From positions 1 through 32,446 of the IMG/VR virus record IMGVR_UViG_3300005805_000277: a DNA stretch of 32,446 nucleotides; one strand, given 5' to 3'. This DNA is from a virus (Duplodnaviria; Caudoviricetes). Shown one piece after another: positions 9,951 through 19,507 of this stretch; the stretch's first letter is position 1; each line of letters opens with the position of its first letter. The notes beneath the pieces were generated by a model. That model did no database searches. It was not told the origin of the DNA and was given only the letters and a program-made list of their open reading frames with translations. The translations under genes and the position numbers were made by a program.

Positions 9951-11087
9951 TTACTTAATAATACCAGCTAGTTTCTGCCATCTAGATACTTGTGCATCAG
10001 CATTGGTGATTACTTCTTCAGTGATCACACGCTTAGTTGATGTTCCAGCAGCGCTAGAAGCAAATCCTAAAGACTCTTTCAAGTTAGTTTTGTTGTCATT
10101 TTTAACATTAAACGCTTGATCGAGAGATTCGTGCACGATTTTAGCTTCCTGGATAGTGTTAGCTTTATCGAAAGCACCAATAACCTTTAATTTTTGTTGT
10201 TCAGACAAGTTGTACTTGCGAAGAATCTTGTTCAAATACAAGAGCTTAGCATTGATAAGGTTAGTTTCGTTAACCTTTTGAGCTAGTTCAGCGGCTTGAC
10301 GCTTGATTTCTTGAAGTTCTTCAGATGCTTCCATTTTAGCTTCGTCGTCTTCTGCCTTGTGAGCTTTGTCCTTCTTAGCTTCTTTCATGCCTTTTTTCTT
10401 AGCTTTGATCATATCCATGACTTTATCAGCCATTTCTTTCATCCAAGCTTCGTCGTCATGCTCTTCATCTTCTTCCTTCTTCTCTTCAAGTTCAGCTACT
10501 TCGTCTTTTTCGTCATCTTCAGAATGTTTGAGTTCAGCAAGAAGTGCGTCGATGTCGATTTCTTCGTCAACTGGCTCTTCTTCGGTTTCAGCCTCTTCTT
10601 CTTCGGCTTCTTCCCCACCGTTGTCTTCGTCATCTTTCTTTACCATGTCGTCGGTTTTTTCTTCACCGCCTTTTTCTTTTCCTTCATAGTAAGACTCATC
10701 GTCGTCTTTGTGGTCTTCACCTTCTTCTTTCTCCATTTCAGCTAGGATAGCGTCAAGATCAAAAGCTTCATCAGCTTCATCTTCTTCGTGATCCATGTGC
10801 TTCTTGGCCTCATCTTTTTCTTCAGAATCTTCTTCAGACTCTTCTTTCATTCCAGCTTCATCTTCCTCATCTTTCATATGCTTTTTAGCTTCGTCTTTAG
10901 ATTCAGCTTCTTCCTCTTCGTTGTATTCTTCTTCGAGGTCGTCAGCTTCTTCTTCAAGGCGTGCTGCAAGCATAGACTTGATCTTGGAATCAAAAGCTTC
11001 ATTCAAGCTAGCTTTTGCGTTCTCAATAGCAAGCTTCTTGATAGCATCCGCGTCTGCGATTGCTTCTTTAAGCAGATTTGTGTTCAT
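9951..11087 (-). CDS. Prohead scaffolding/core protein (T4 gp22-like)
   Basis: Very acidic coiled-coil protein between protease and capsid; many (L/I)-x-E sites; C-terminal RWQKLAGI. Confidence 0.8.
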   Translation of the reverse strand: MNTNLLKEAIADADAIKKLAIENAKASLNEAFDSKIKSMLAARLEEEADDLEEEYNEEEEAESKDEAKKHMKDEEDEAGMKEESEEDSEEKDEAKKHMDHEEDEADEAFDLDAILAEMEKEEGEDHKDDDESYYEGKEKGGEEKTDDMVKKDDEDNGGEEAEEEEAETEEEPVDEEIDIDALLAELKHSEDDEKDEVAELEEKKEEDEEHDDEAWMKEMADKVMDMIKAKKKGMKEAKKDKAHKAEDDEAKMEASEELQEIKRQAAELAQKVNETNLINAKLLYLNKILRKYNLSEQQKLKVIGAFDKANTIQEAKIVHESLDQAFNVKNDNKTNLKESLGFASSAAGTSTKRVITEEVITNADAQVSRWQKLAGIIK

Positions 11088-11189
11088 TTCCTTAAAATTG
11101 ATTTTTGGATTTACGCCTATTAAACAGGAGTAATAAAATATTAATCATTCGACTCTTTATAGAAAAGAGTATTAGGCGAGTATGTCATC

Positions 11190-11197
11190 AATAAATA
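11190..11197 (-). promoter_or_regulatory. TATTTATT variant of the late motif upstream of scaffold-capsid operon
   Basis: One mismatch to consensus, context GTATATTTATT, about 100 nt upstream of the scaffold ATG. Confidence 0.5.
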
Positions 11198-11252
11198 TAC
11201 CCGTCTATTGAAAAACGTATGATTTTCAATCAAAAAAGTGAAAATTTTTTAA

Positions 11253-11867
11253 TTAACAGTGGCAGATACCAGTGTTATTGCAAATAAGATCCTTAACTAT
11301 TTGATCTATTTTAGAGAAGGATGCTTTCTCATATGCTTCAAATCCCTCTTTCAATTTAAGGTTAGCTCCCTGAGTTGATTCAAAGGATACTAGATCAAAA
11401 GTAAGGAGATTAAAATCGTCATTTACTATTACTGTACCATCATGAGATTCTTTGACACTACCCATTCCACGAGAACTAATACCTACTGGAATACCTCTAC
11501 GGAGTAATCCTGCAGCAATTCTACCCGCTGGGAATTCATCTCCATCTAAAATCTCGATATCTCCCATTACATCGTCACCACTCCAGTATATCTTTTTAAT
11601 GTTGTGAGATACGTTTTTAAGATTCACTACGTTAGAATCACTGTGATCTAGTTCTCCCAAAGCACGATTGTGCTTAACCATCATATCATTATACTTGTCT
11701 ATCTCTCTTCTCAGTACTTCTTCTGGATATACTCTACCGTTTCTATTTTTAGCATTAGAACGCTGTATAACCACTCCGGTTATAAGCATAGGTTGCCCTG
11801 GCTTATATGCCTCGTTGATTTGAGAAGTAGGGACACTAAGTTGGTAATATTCGGTAAGTAATTCCAT
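11253..11867 (-). CDS. gp21: Prohead protease (T4 gp21-like)
   Basis: NRNGRVYP, ALGELDH, VSHNI, GISSRGMGS, FDLVS motifs. Confidence 0.93.
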   Translation of the reverse strand: MELLTEYYQLSVPTSQINEAYKPGQPMLITGVVIQRSNAKNRNGRVYPEEVLRREIDKYNDMMVKHNRALGELDHSDSNVVNLKNVSHNIKKIYWSGDDVMGDIEILDGDEFPAGRIAAGLLRRGIPVGISSRGMGSVKESHDGTVIVNDDFNLLTFDLVSFESTQGANLKLKEGFEAYEKASFSKIDQIVKDLICNNTGICHC

Positions 11868-11878
11868 TGTATATATAA

Positions 11879-14377
11879 TTATGCTATTTTTACCTTATTG
11901 TATATTTCATCGTCTTTTACATCATCAGATACCTTGTATCTCTGTCTAAATACAGTAATCAAATCTTTTGCTTGCATAGCACTAGATTTTGCTTTTATGG
12001 CATCTTTTAACTTAGGAGACATATCTTTTACTAATCTATCTAGTTGATCAGCCCCCTGTCCTTTATAAGCAACTGGGCCAGTCATTTCAGCTACTCTACC
12101 GCCTCTAGCAGTAAGAGAATCTGGATTGTATGGTTGAGTAAGTTGAGATCCTAATGGAGAATCACTCATGTCATTAAGATCATCGGGATTTGATATTTCA
12201 TATCCTTTTGGTGCATATGAGTTGAACATAGCAACTCCTTCATCACCTAATTCATGGACTAGTTTATTTACAATTGAGTGGATCTCTGATCCTATTGAAT
12301 GGGTATGCGGATTATCACTATCTTGGAATCCCCACTCATATTTTTTCATGTACTCTTCTAGTCTCTTTTTTTTTACATCCTTACCTTGATATCCCCAATA
12401 TTGACTAATCTCTGCTTCTTTAATTGCTTGCTTGATACGCTTACGGATGTATGCCTCTAACTGAGCGTCTGAATTATCCTCTGGCTTAGCTGGCTCAAAT
12501 GATTTCTTTACTAGCTTAGTCAAATCATCTGGAATATTAAGTGCTTGATAGTCTTTATTATCTTTTGAATATTTGAATGACGCAGTTCCTGATTTATCAA
12601 ATGTAAGAACTCCAACTTCTTTTAATACTATAGTGAATTTGGTTTTCTCGTCTTTGAATTCTTTTACGTTATCTGCAATGTTGTACTGTTTGTCAGGATC
12701 CATATCACTTTGAATAGTAAAAGATATTCTATAGTTTTTAAGAGTTTCTTTATCTGCTAATGATAATGCCTCGTCTATTTTCACACCAAGTGCAGGCAAT
12801 GCTGCTTTCTGAACTGCCCTGAATCTGTCTCCTAGTTGCTTTGCTTTTTCTTTTGCCTCTGACCAATCATTTGTACCATGTGCTATTTGTTTGTCATCTA
12901 GACTTATGATATAGTACTTGTATGCGAGTTGAGAAGGCTTAACATCAACCATCTTTACTCCCATGTTTACAGGAACTTTAAATGATCTAACACCTTGTCC
13001 AGATATAGAAGTCTTTAGTGATCTAGTAGGCACATCATCTTTTTCTTCTGGTGCTTTAGCAGCAGGATCGTAAGCGATAGGCTCTCCTTCTGGAGTTCTT
13101 CTTCCTACTAATTTCAATTTTCCTCCTACTGGTGGTTCTACTTTTATAGTTCCTTTAACAGTAGTCATACCGACTTCTCTTCTAGGGTCATCAATTACCC
13201 TTTCAAATGGAATATCTCTGCTATACACAAATTCCTGATCTCCTATAAGTTTTTTTAAACTTTTACCGTTTAATTTAACTTCTTTTGATTTACCTGAACC
13301 GTATTTAACGGAAGCAGAGTATACTTGATCGTCTTTTATTTCTGAAGCTTCTTTCAGTGTTTCTTTAATTGATTCCATATTGTCGTAGGACGTTTTAATA
13401 AGTGTTAATAATCCTTTTTTATTTTCTAATTTTTGAGCAACACTATAATCTATAATAGCTTTTCTTTCTAGTTCGTTATCTGTCATATCAAATAAACTAT
13501 CTAGAAATCTTTTTAACATTTCTCCCAGTTTATCCTTAGCTTCTTTTCTCTCTTTCTCAGTGTTACTGGTAGTGTTAGATATATCGTAGTTTTTAATGAT
13601 TTGGCTAAATGTTCTTTCTACCTTATCGTCTAACATAAATATTGCTGCCTTCTTCTTGGCTGCTTTTACATTTTCTGGTTCTTCCTCTTTAGGCTCTGTC
13701 TCAGGCTCTATGTCTTCTAGTCCTAACAAAGCTGACAGATCTACATCCAAAGCTTCTTCATCACTTGCAGTATCTTTTACTTTTGAAGCTCTTTTAGCTC
13801 TTACTTGCTTTTCTTTACTTAAACTAGAAATGTATTCTCCGAATGTAAAAAAGTCTAATGGAAAATTATTAATTCCTTTACTAATATCACTAATAGGAAC
13901 TAGTTTTAAATTCAACTTCTCTTTTTCTTCTGCACTTAAACTGTCTACAGAATTCTTAGTCAAGTATACAAAGTAAGTGTAATCCTTACCTGTTCTTTTT
14001 CCATATTTTACTGTAGGTATAGTAATGTAATAAACATCTCTATCGTGTTGAACTTCAGATGCTGGATCTACTAATGTGAGAACTTTAAGATTTGATGGAG
14101 GTACAAGTTTTTTATATTCTTCCTCAGATAGTTTACGATAGATGCTGTAAACTTTTCTAGTTTTTCCTGTACCTGGAGTTGTTATGGTGAATCTTATCTC
14201 GTGTACTGAACCTGGCTTGAAAGAGGACTTTATTTCTTCAGGATTAATATCTACGCTATACTTCTTGGTTTTCTCAGGAGGTTCCATTTCACTTCTGGAT
14301 CTCCTTGCTCTTTTTTCTGTTAGCGTATCCTCTTCAGCTTCGTTAAAGAATTCATATATCTCATGAACCAAATTCAT
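11879..14377 (-). CDS. Large Lys/Glu-rich hypothetical protein, probable internal head protein
   Basis: 832-aa ORF inside the head module; several (L/I)-x-E sites; no recognised domain. Confidence 0.6.
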   Translation of the reverse strand: MNLVHEIYEFFNEAEEDTLTEKRARRSRSEMEPPEKTKKYSVDINPEEIKSSFKPGSVHEIRFTITTPGTGKTRKVYSIYRKLSEEEYKKLVPPSNLKVLTLVDPASEVQHDRDVYYITIPTVKYGKRTGKDYTYFVYLTKNSVDSLSAEEKEKLNLKLVPISDISKGINNFPLDFFTFGEYISSLSKEKQVRAKRASKVKDTASDEEALDVDLSALLGLEDIEPETEPKEEEPENVKAAKKKAAIFMLDDKVERTFSQIIKNYDISNTTSNTEKERKEAKDKLGEMLKRFLDSLFDMTDNELERKAIIDYSVAQKLENKKGLLTLIKTSYDNMESIKETLKEASEIKDDQVYSASVKYGSGKSKEVKLNGKSLKKLIGDQEFVYSRDIPFERVIDDPRREVGMTTVKGTIKVEPPVGGKLKLVGRRTPEGEPIAYDPAAKAPEEKDDVPTRSLKTSISGQGVRSFKVPVNMGVKMVDVKPSQLAYKYYIISLDDKQIAHGTNDWSEAKEKAKQLGDRFRAVQKAALPALGVKIDEALSLADKETLKNYRISFTIQSDMDPDKQYNIADNVKEFKDEKTKFTIVLKEVGVLTFDKSGTASFKYSKDNKDYQALNIPDDLTKLVKKSFEPAKPEDNSDAQLEAYIRKRIKQAIKEAEISQYWGYQGKDVKKKRLEEYMKKYEWGFQDSDNPHTHSIGSEIHSIVNKLVHELGDEGVAMFNSYAPKGYEISNPDDLNDMSDSPLGSQLTQPYNPDSLTARGGRVAEMTGPVAYKGQGADQLDRLVKDMSPKLKDAIKAKSSAMQAKDLITVFRQRYKVSDDVKDDEIYNKVKIA

Positions 14378-14378
14378 G

Positions 14379-14918
14379 TTACTTTTTTTTCTCAGCCTTC
14401 TTCTTAGGTGCAGGCTTCATTTGGTTGTCTTTGTCTACTACTTGACCTTTCTTTACTTCTTTAGGCAAATCAATACGGTTCTTTTTCTTAGCCTTAAACT
14501 CAATCATGTCAAGACGAGTATAGTAATTAGGATCCTCAGCAAGATGATCTAATGCGATTTCTTTTGCTTTATCAATATCATCAGTGTGTTCCAACTCATG
14601 CTTCCAACCTTTAGTAAACTCATAGTAGTTCACTTGGTCTGGAGTTACCTTATCTCCCTTACCGCCTTTGAGCTTTTGCTCTTTAGCCTCATTGAGAGCT
14701 TTGAAAGCGCTAAAAAAGTTAAAGCCCTGCTTAACTTCACCACCAGCAGCGTTGTCCCAAATGTGTCCTTTAGCTTTAAGCTTCTTTACAGTATCCTCAT
14801 AAGACATAGCTCCTGTCAAATCATTCTGATAGATAGGGTTTCTACGTACTTGCCAGAGGAAGTCTGACTTAGACATCTGTTCTTTAATCACTTTCTGGTA
14901 CAATTGTTGAGTTGTCAT
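14379..14918 (-). CDS. Hypothetical head-module protein with DUF5661-like motif
   Basis: GWKHELEHTDD...AKEIALDHLAEDPNYYTRL matches the pattern recalled for DUF5661. Confidence 0.6.
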   Translation of the reverse strand: MTTQQLYQKVIKEQMSKSDFLWQVRRNPIYQNDLTGAMSYEDTVKKLKAKGHIWDNAAGGEVKQGFNFFSAFKALNEAKEQKLKGGKGDKVTPDQVNYYEFTKGWKHELEHTDDIDKAKEIALDHLAEDPNYYTRLDMIEFKAKKKNRIDLPKEVKKGQVVDKDNQMKPAPKKKAEKKK

Positions 14919-15167
14919 TTATAGTCCTTTTTTAAAGAGTCTTTTATATTCTGCTGCCAAATCTATTTCTGCTGATTCAGCCCATTTTCCTATTTTCTTT
15001 GTAACTAAAATTCCTTTTTTACGTTTAGCCTTGGTTCCACCAGCACCACCAAATGCATATTTGGCAGCTACACCCTCTCCATCACCAGGAGTAACGTGTC
15101 CTTGATCTGCTGCTGGAGCTCCTCCACCTGTAGTGGACATTTCTTTCACCTTCTTAACCTTTGACAT
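14919..15167 (-). CDS. Small basic hypothetical protein
   Basis: 82 aa, tightly packed with neighbours; VKE/MSTTGG possible cleavage junction. Confidence 0.6.
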   Translation of the reverse strand: MSKVKKVKEMSTTGGGAPAADQGHVTPGDGEGVAAKYAFGGAGGTKAKRKKGILVTKKIGKWAESAEIDLAAEYKRLFKKGL

Positions 15168-16002
15168 TTTCCATTTCTTTTTCTAGTTCATAGAAATACA
15201 ACAAATTTTCTACGTCTATATCGGCTACTTGTTTTCCTGCAGGGATATCTTTCATGATATTGATAACTTCTGATAGTTTTACTTTACGAACTTCGTCTTT
15301 TATCTTCTCAACGTGCTTTGTAAGCTTTGCTTTTACTTTAGCAAACTCTTCGTTTACGTATTCCCTGAAGGTTTCTGGGCTTGAAATGTTCTTGATGTAC
15401 TGTTTGAGGAGGGTTTTTTGTTGTTCATTGAGGTTTACATACTTCTCATTGAACTTCTGGATCATAAGTTTGTAGACTAATGCTTTGGTTCCTTTGTCAT
15501 ACGTCTCATATTCTTGCAATAGAGGGTCTTTTTTAACCTCTTTCTTCACTCCACACATGTCCTCCATGATAGTGAACTTGTATTTTACTTCTTTTTCTGG
15601 ATCAACGCTATCAGATTGATACATTTCAAATAGCATGTAAACAGAAGCCAACGTTTTGTAGTTCTCAATCTTGGTTTTGAAGAAGTCATCCAGATTGTAA
15701 TTCTCCTTTATTTGAGAGATCAACTCGTACTTTTGTCTATTTAAAGTGTTCTTATTCAATCTTTTATGCGCTTCTACGGCAGTCTGGATAACCAGATTAG
15801 CCTTAGCTTCTGACAAGTTTTTACTGTCAGTAAACGCCTTATAGATCTTATATTCCTTGGCAATAAGGTTATTATTGAAATTCTTTTTGAGAATATCAGA
15901 GGCCTTAGACTCTTTATTATTCAAAATGTCAGACGTAATCTGTCTTACAAGTAATTCAAATAATAGTCCTGTGTTTCGAAGTTTATTATGTTTAAGCTTC
16001 AT
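15154..16002 (-). CDS. Hypothetical helical protein downstream of portal (positional analogue of prohead core genes)
   Basis: 282-aa ORF beginning MKLKHNKLRNTGLLFELL; own motif upstream; function inferred from position only. Confidence 0.6.
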   Translation of the reverse strand: MKLKHNKLRNTGLLFELLVRQITSDILNNKESKASDILKKNFNNNLIAKEYKIYKAFTDSKNLSEAKANLVIQTAVEAHKRLNKNTLNRQKYELISQIKENYNLDDFFKTKIENYKTLASVYMLFEMYQSDSVDPEKEVKYKFTIMEDMCGVKKEVKKDPLLQEYETYDKGTKALVYKLMIQKFNEKYVNLNEQQKTLLKQYIKNISSPETFREYVNEEFAKVKAKLTKHVEKIKDEVRKVKLSEVINIMKDIPAGKQVADIDVENLLYFYELEKEMENVKG

Positions 16003-16017
16003 TTTAAGTTGATCTTC

Positions 16018-16025
16018 TATAAATA
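16018..16025 (-). promoter_or_regulatory. TATTTATA motif (putative late promoter)
   Basis: Exact motif 15 nt upstream of ATG at 16002. Confidence 0.6.
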
Positions 16026-16028
16026 TTA

Positions 16029-17882
16029 CTAAATATCGTGATTAAGTATGTTTTTCTCATCCAACAGCCCTGGTTCTTCCTCTTTTTGTTCAAAAATGAC
16101 TATTTTTTTGGAGTTCTTGCCTTTGATTTGCCTCAAAGTCTGCTCCATCGCAAAAGGTTTAATTTTGTCCTTTCTAGTCTTGTCAAAAGGAGTTTCTGGT
16201 TTCATGTCCTTAGAACCTAGCGGATCTCTGCCAAAAGCAGATTTGTCTGTTTTGAATATAGAAGCTTTCTCCTTTGGTCTTCCCACAGGATTCTTCTTTT
16301 CATCATACCCATCTGGTATTTCTGTGTCCCCAGGCTTGTCACTTCTGTCAGCGTATATGCTAGCCAAATCGTGAGGAGTACCGTATGACTCTCCAGAAAT
16401 TGCAGGATCATTTCCTTCATTTTCGATCTGATTGTAACGGAATGCGCGTTCAGCATCCTTGACAATAAGATCTCTTTCTTGGTTGATTTGATCTTCTGAC
16501 AATTGGAATATCTTATCTCCGATCCAGTCTGTAGAGAATATCTTCTTGTCCATGATATCCGCAGCCAAAGCCACTTTTTCTTTCAATAGAGCTATCTTCT
16601 CTTGTTCGTAGATAATAGATGGGTTATTGAGTTCTAGGCTGAAATTAAGCAAATCTGCGTCTTCAAATCCCTGTACATACAAATGGATGATAGCGATCTT
16701 TTCAAGCTCACTAATCACAATACGCTGAAGGCGTTCTATTGTTCTAGAGAAACGAACGTCTAGTGCACTAATTGTTGACTTTCCGTTTAACTCATCTGAG
16801 TAGTTCAAGAATGACTTAGGCACTTTTAAAGATCCCAACATGAGGTCTCTAAGGAACTCAACGTCCTCAATACCAGCATATTCTAGACCTTTTGTAGTGT
16901 CTATCTTAGTAGTGTTATCTCCTGGACGTACTGGAATATAGAAATCCTCCAGCATGTTTTGGATGTTAAATTTAAGGTTGTATTCTCCAGTCTGTTGATC
17001 AATGAATGGAGTCTTTTTCATGCCTGTGATGGTCTGTTGAACAAAGGCATTTACCTCATTTGGTGGGATGTTACCCACGTTAATATAGAATACACGCTTT
17101 TCAGGAGCCCTCATGATACGATGCAAAAGCATAGCGTCCATCATAAGGATATATTGCTTGAAGTACTTTCTAGCAGGCTCTATATAAGATCTACCAAAAG
17201 GCAGATAGTTTGTGTCTGTCAAAAGACGGAAGTGAGCTATTTCAAAGTTCTCAAAGCTCTCTTTATTCTTAGTAGCGGTTGTACCACCAGCTACAGCTAC
17301 AGGATCGTATACAAAACGAATATAAGAAGGGTTGTTTGGATCTTGACCCTCTTCTCTGATCATATCATACACTGATAATGGACGTACTCCGTACACTCCA
17401 AATTTTTCAGCTATATCCAATTTAAGGAAGAAATCTCCATATTTGCACATGGATCTAATCCACATAGGGAGATTAAATTCAATATTCAATACCTGATAAA
17501 ACAGGTTATATAATATCTTCTGAATGTTTTCATTGCTGCTACGGATCTTTAGTACCTCATTGGTCTCTCCCTTTAGCGTAGCTTCCTCACAAATAATATC
17601 TAGTACAGATGCAATAATACCGTCTGTGTCCATCGCCTCATAGTCTGCATATAATTGTAGCCTTAAAGTTTGGTAATTCAACGTAGGGTTGAATTGCATT
17701 CTTTGTCCTGCCTTGTGCAGACGGGTGAATCTGTCGACCAAAGAATTGGTCTGAAGTTGTCCAAAGGACTGTATTCTCTCCACGTCCATTACACGGAGCT
17801 GATTTCCACCTACATTACGTATGATTACGTCAGTGGAGAACAGTCGTTTGAGACGGGGGAATAATGACTTGTCTACTGGCAT
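16029..17882 (-). CDS. gp20: Portal protein (T4 gp20-like)
   Basis: DAMLLHRIMRAPEKRVFYINVGNIPP, MLEDFYIPVR, IEDVEF...LKVPKSFL motifs. Confidence 0.94.
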   Translation of the reverse strand: MPVDKSLFPRLKRLFSTDVIIRNVGGNQLRVMDVERIQSFGQLQTNSLVDRFTRLHKAGQRMQFNPTLNYQTLRLQLYADYEAMDTDGIIASVLDIICEEATLKGETNEVLKIRSSNENIQKILYNLFYQVLNIEFNLPMWIRSMCKYGDFFLKLDIAEKFGVYGVRPLSVYDMIREEGQDPNNPSYIRFVYDPVAVAGGTTATKNKESFENFEIAHFRLLTDTNYLPFGRSYIEPARKYFKQYILMMDAMLLHRIMRAPEKRVFYINVGNIPPNEVNAFVQQTITGMKKTPFIDQQTGEYNLKFNIQNMLEDFYIPVRPGDNTTKIDTTKGLEYAGIEDVEFLRDLMLGSLKVPKSFLNYSDELNGKSTISALDVRFSRTIERLQRIVISELEKIAIIHLYVQGFEDADLLNFSLELNNPSIIYEQEKIALLKEKVALAADIMDKKIFSTDWIGDKIFQLSEDQINQERDLIVKDAERAFRYNQIENEGNDPAISGESYGTPHDLASIYADRSDKPGDTEIPDGYDEKKNPVGRPKEKASIFKTDKSAFGRDPLGSKDMKPETPFDKTRKDKIKPFAMEQTLRQIKGKNSKKIVIFEQKEEEPGLLDEKNILNHDI

Positions 17883-17908
17883 TTATTTCTTAATTATTGT
17901 TTAATATA

Positions 17909-17916
17909 TATAAATA
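17909..17916 (-). promoter_or_regulatory. TATTTATA motif (putative late promoter)
   Basis: Exact motif 26 nt upstream of portal ATG; context GTGATATTTATATATAT. Confidence 0.6.
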
Positions 17917-17919
17917 TCA

Positions 17920-19506
17920 CTATCTTATTAACCAGCTAATGTCTTCTTGTTGCCCGTTAACATTTAGCTGATATGGGTTTTGAAAGTTCTTGTCATAGGG
18001 ATTTGTAGTCCTTGGATTCGCAAATCCGCTATTCCTACTTATACTATTCAAAAGAGCCCTCTGCAAATCTACACCTTTTGCACGATATTGCACAGCACTA
18101 TCTCTCAAATGCATCCCAATAGCATAAGCCATGACACAATCATCATGATATCCTGATTGAGCTTGGGGTTTACTATTCTTCCATACAAAAGTAGACATTT
18201 CTGATATAAGTCTTTTAGAGTTCAAAGATATGCTATGATCTCTAACATATTGCTTAAAAGACAATAAAACTTCTGGTCTGGTCTTTGTAGACGTGGTGAA
18301 ACCAGGAGTCATCTTTGAAGTGTCATAGTTGTACATCTGTGTAACATAGGACGATACGTTTAGGGTATCTCCCTTTGGAGAATAGTAGATGTTGTTATAG
18401 TTTAGCTCAAGTACATCGGATATAGTAGCATGTCCTAGCCCTGTGTTTTCTACTACAAGCAACGCTTCGTTATACTCAACAGCAACAGCTACAGCAAATT
18501 TAGATAGAGACTTTGTATCCATATCTCCTCTATACTCTGCTACTTGAGATCCATTAAACACATCTATAATTTGCACCACAGATGAATCTGATCCGTCTCC
18601 TTTTGCAGTATCAACTATCACCATATATGATCTGTCTGGAACTGGGTATTCCCAAATCCAATAATCTCTTTTCTCTCCCCTCATCTCTATTGGCTCAACT
18701 GTTCTCTCTGAAAAATATTCTAGATCCTCTGATTCAAAATAGGTATCTCCTGATGAAATAAATGAGCAATCGCACTCCTGCGCTGCTAGTCTCTTTCCTA
18801 ATTCCTTGTCCTGATCTTCTCTCCATTTCTTATCTCTACTCGGATGAACATGCCAAGGTAGTCTAATAGGAACAAAATTATTTTCTTCAGATTCTGCTCC
18901 TACCCACTGTTGATGGAACCACTGTCCTACCCCATTCGGAGTAGAAAGCACAATAGCTCTACCACCTGTAGCAAGAGTTTGTTGAGCAGATCCCCACAAA
19001 TCTTCTGCATTGTCTATGAACGCTGCCTCATCAAGAATCAATACGTTTGCAGTGTAACCACGGGCACTTTCAGATGCTCCTGATGCTGCTTTGATCTTAG
19101 ATCCATTAGATAGTATGAGGCTAAGTTTATTATCTTCTGACGCAGGTATCTTCAACCATGTAGGCAGCTGCGCGTAAGCAAATCTTACTTTATCTACGAT
19201 GTTTCTAGCTTTTTCTTGTGTTGGAGCTAGAGCAAGAATAGATTGATCTTTGTTGAATATCATCAACCACAAAGCATAAGCAGCAGTGAGGGTAGTGATA
19301 CCAAGCTGTCTAGACTTTAAGATAAGAGTTCTATCGTGTTTGTTTAGAAGAAATAGAAGTTTTTCTTGGAAGACGTAGGGAGCAAATAGCATTCTCCCTT
19401 CGCTAGTTTGTATATAAACATAACGTTTGAGGAAGTATATCGGATCAGATGCACATTTGAGATACTCCTCCTTAATTACTTCTTTTAAAGATTTTTCTTC
19501 TGACAT
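17920..19506 (-). CDS. gp17: Terminase large subunit (T4 gp17-like)
   Basis: KCASDPIYF, Walker A KSRQLGITT, Walker B LILDEAAF, STPNG, nuclease VDTAKGDGSD and HDDCVMA. Confidence 0.95.
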   Translation of the reverse strand: MSEEKSLKEVIKEEYLKCASDPIYFLKRYVYIQTSEGRMLFAPYVFQEKLLFLLNKHDRTLILKSRQLGITTLTAAYALWLMIFNKDQSILALAPTQEKARNIVDKVRFAYAQLPTWLKIPASEDNKLSLILSNGSKIKAASGASESARGYTANVLILDEAAFIDNAEDLWGSAQQTLATGGRAIVLSTPNGVGQWFHQQWVGAESEENNFVPIRLPWHVHPSRDKKWREDQDKELGKRLAAQECDCSFISSGDTYFESEDLEYFSERTVEPIEMRGEKRDYWIWEYPVPDRSYMVIVDTAKGDGSDSSVVQIIDVFNGSQVAEYRGDMDTKSLSKFAVAVAVEYNEALLVVENTGLGHATISDVLELNYNNIYYSPKGDTLNVSSYVTQMYNYDTSKMTPGFTTSTKTRPEVLLSFKQYVRDHSISLNSKRLISEMSTFVWKNSKPQAQSGYHDDCVMAYAIGMHLRDSAVQYRAKGVDLQRALLNSISRNSGFANPRTTNPYDKNFQNPYQLNVNGQQEDISWLIR

Positions 19507-19507
19507 T

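Noticed and set aside
11874-11881. TAATTATA upstream of the protease as another motif copy
   Set aside because: One mismatch, overlaps a stop codon in AT-rich sequence; cannot be distinguished from chance.
17920-19506. Intein or intron in terminase, portal, capsid or primase
   Set aside because: Lengths are ordinary, motifs contiguous, no intein-type junction or LAGLIDADG motif seen.
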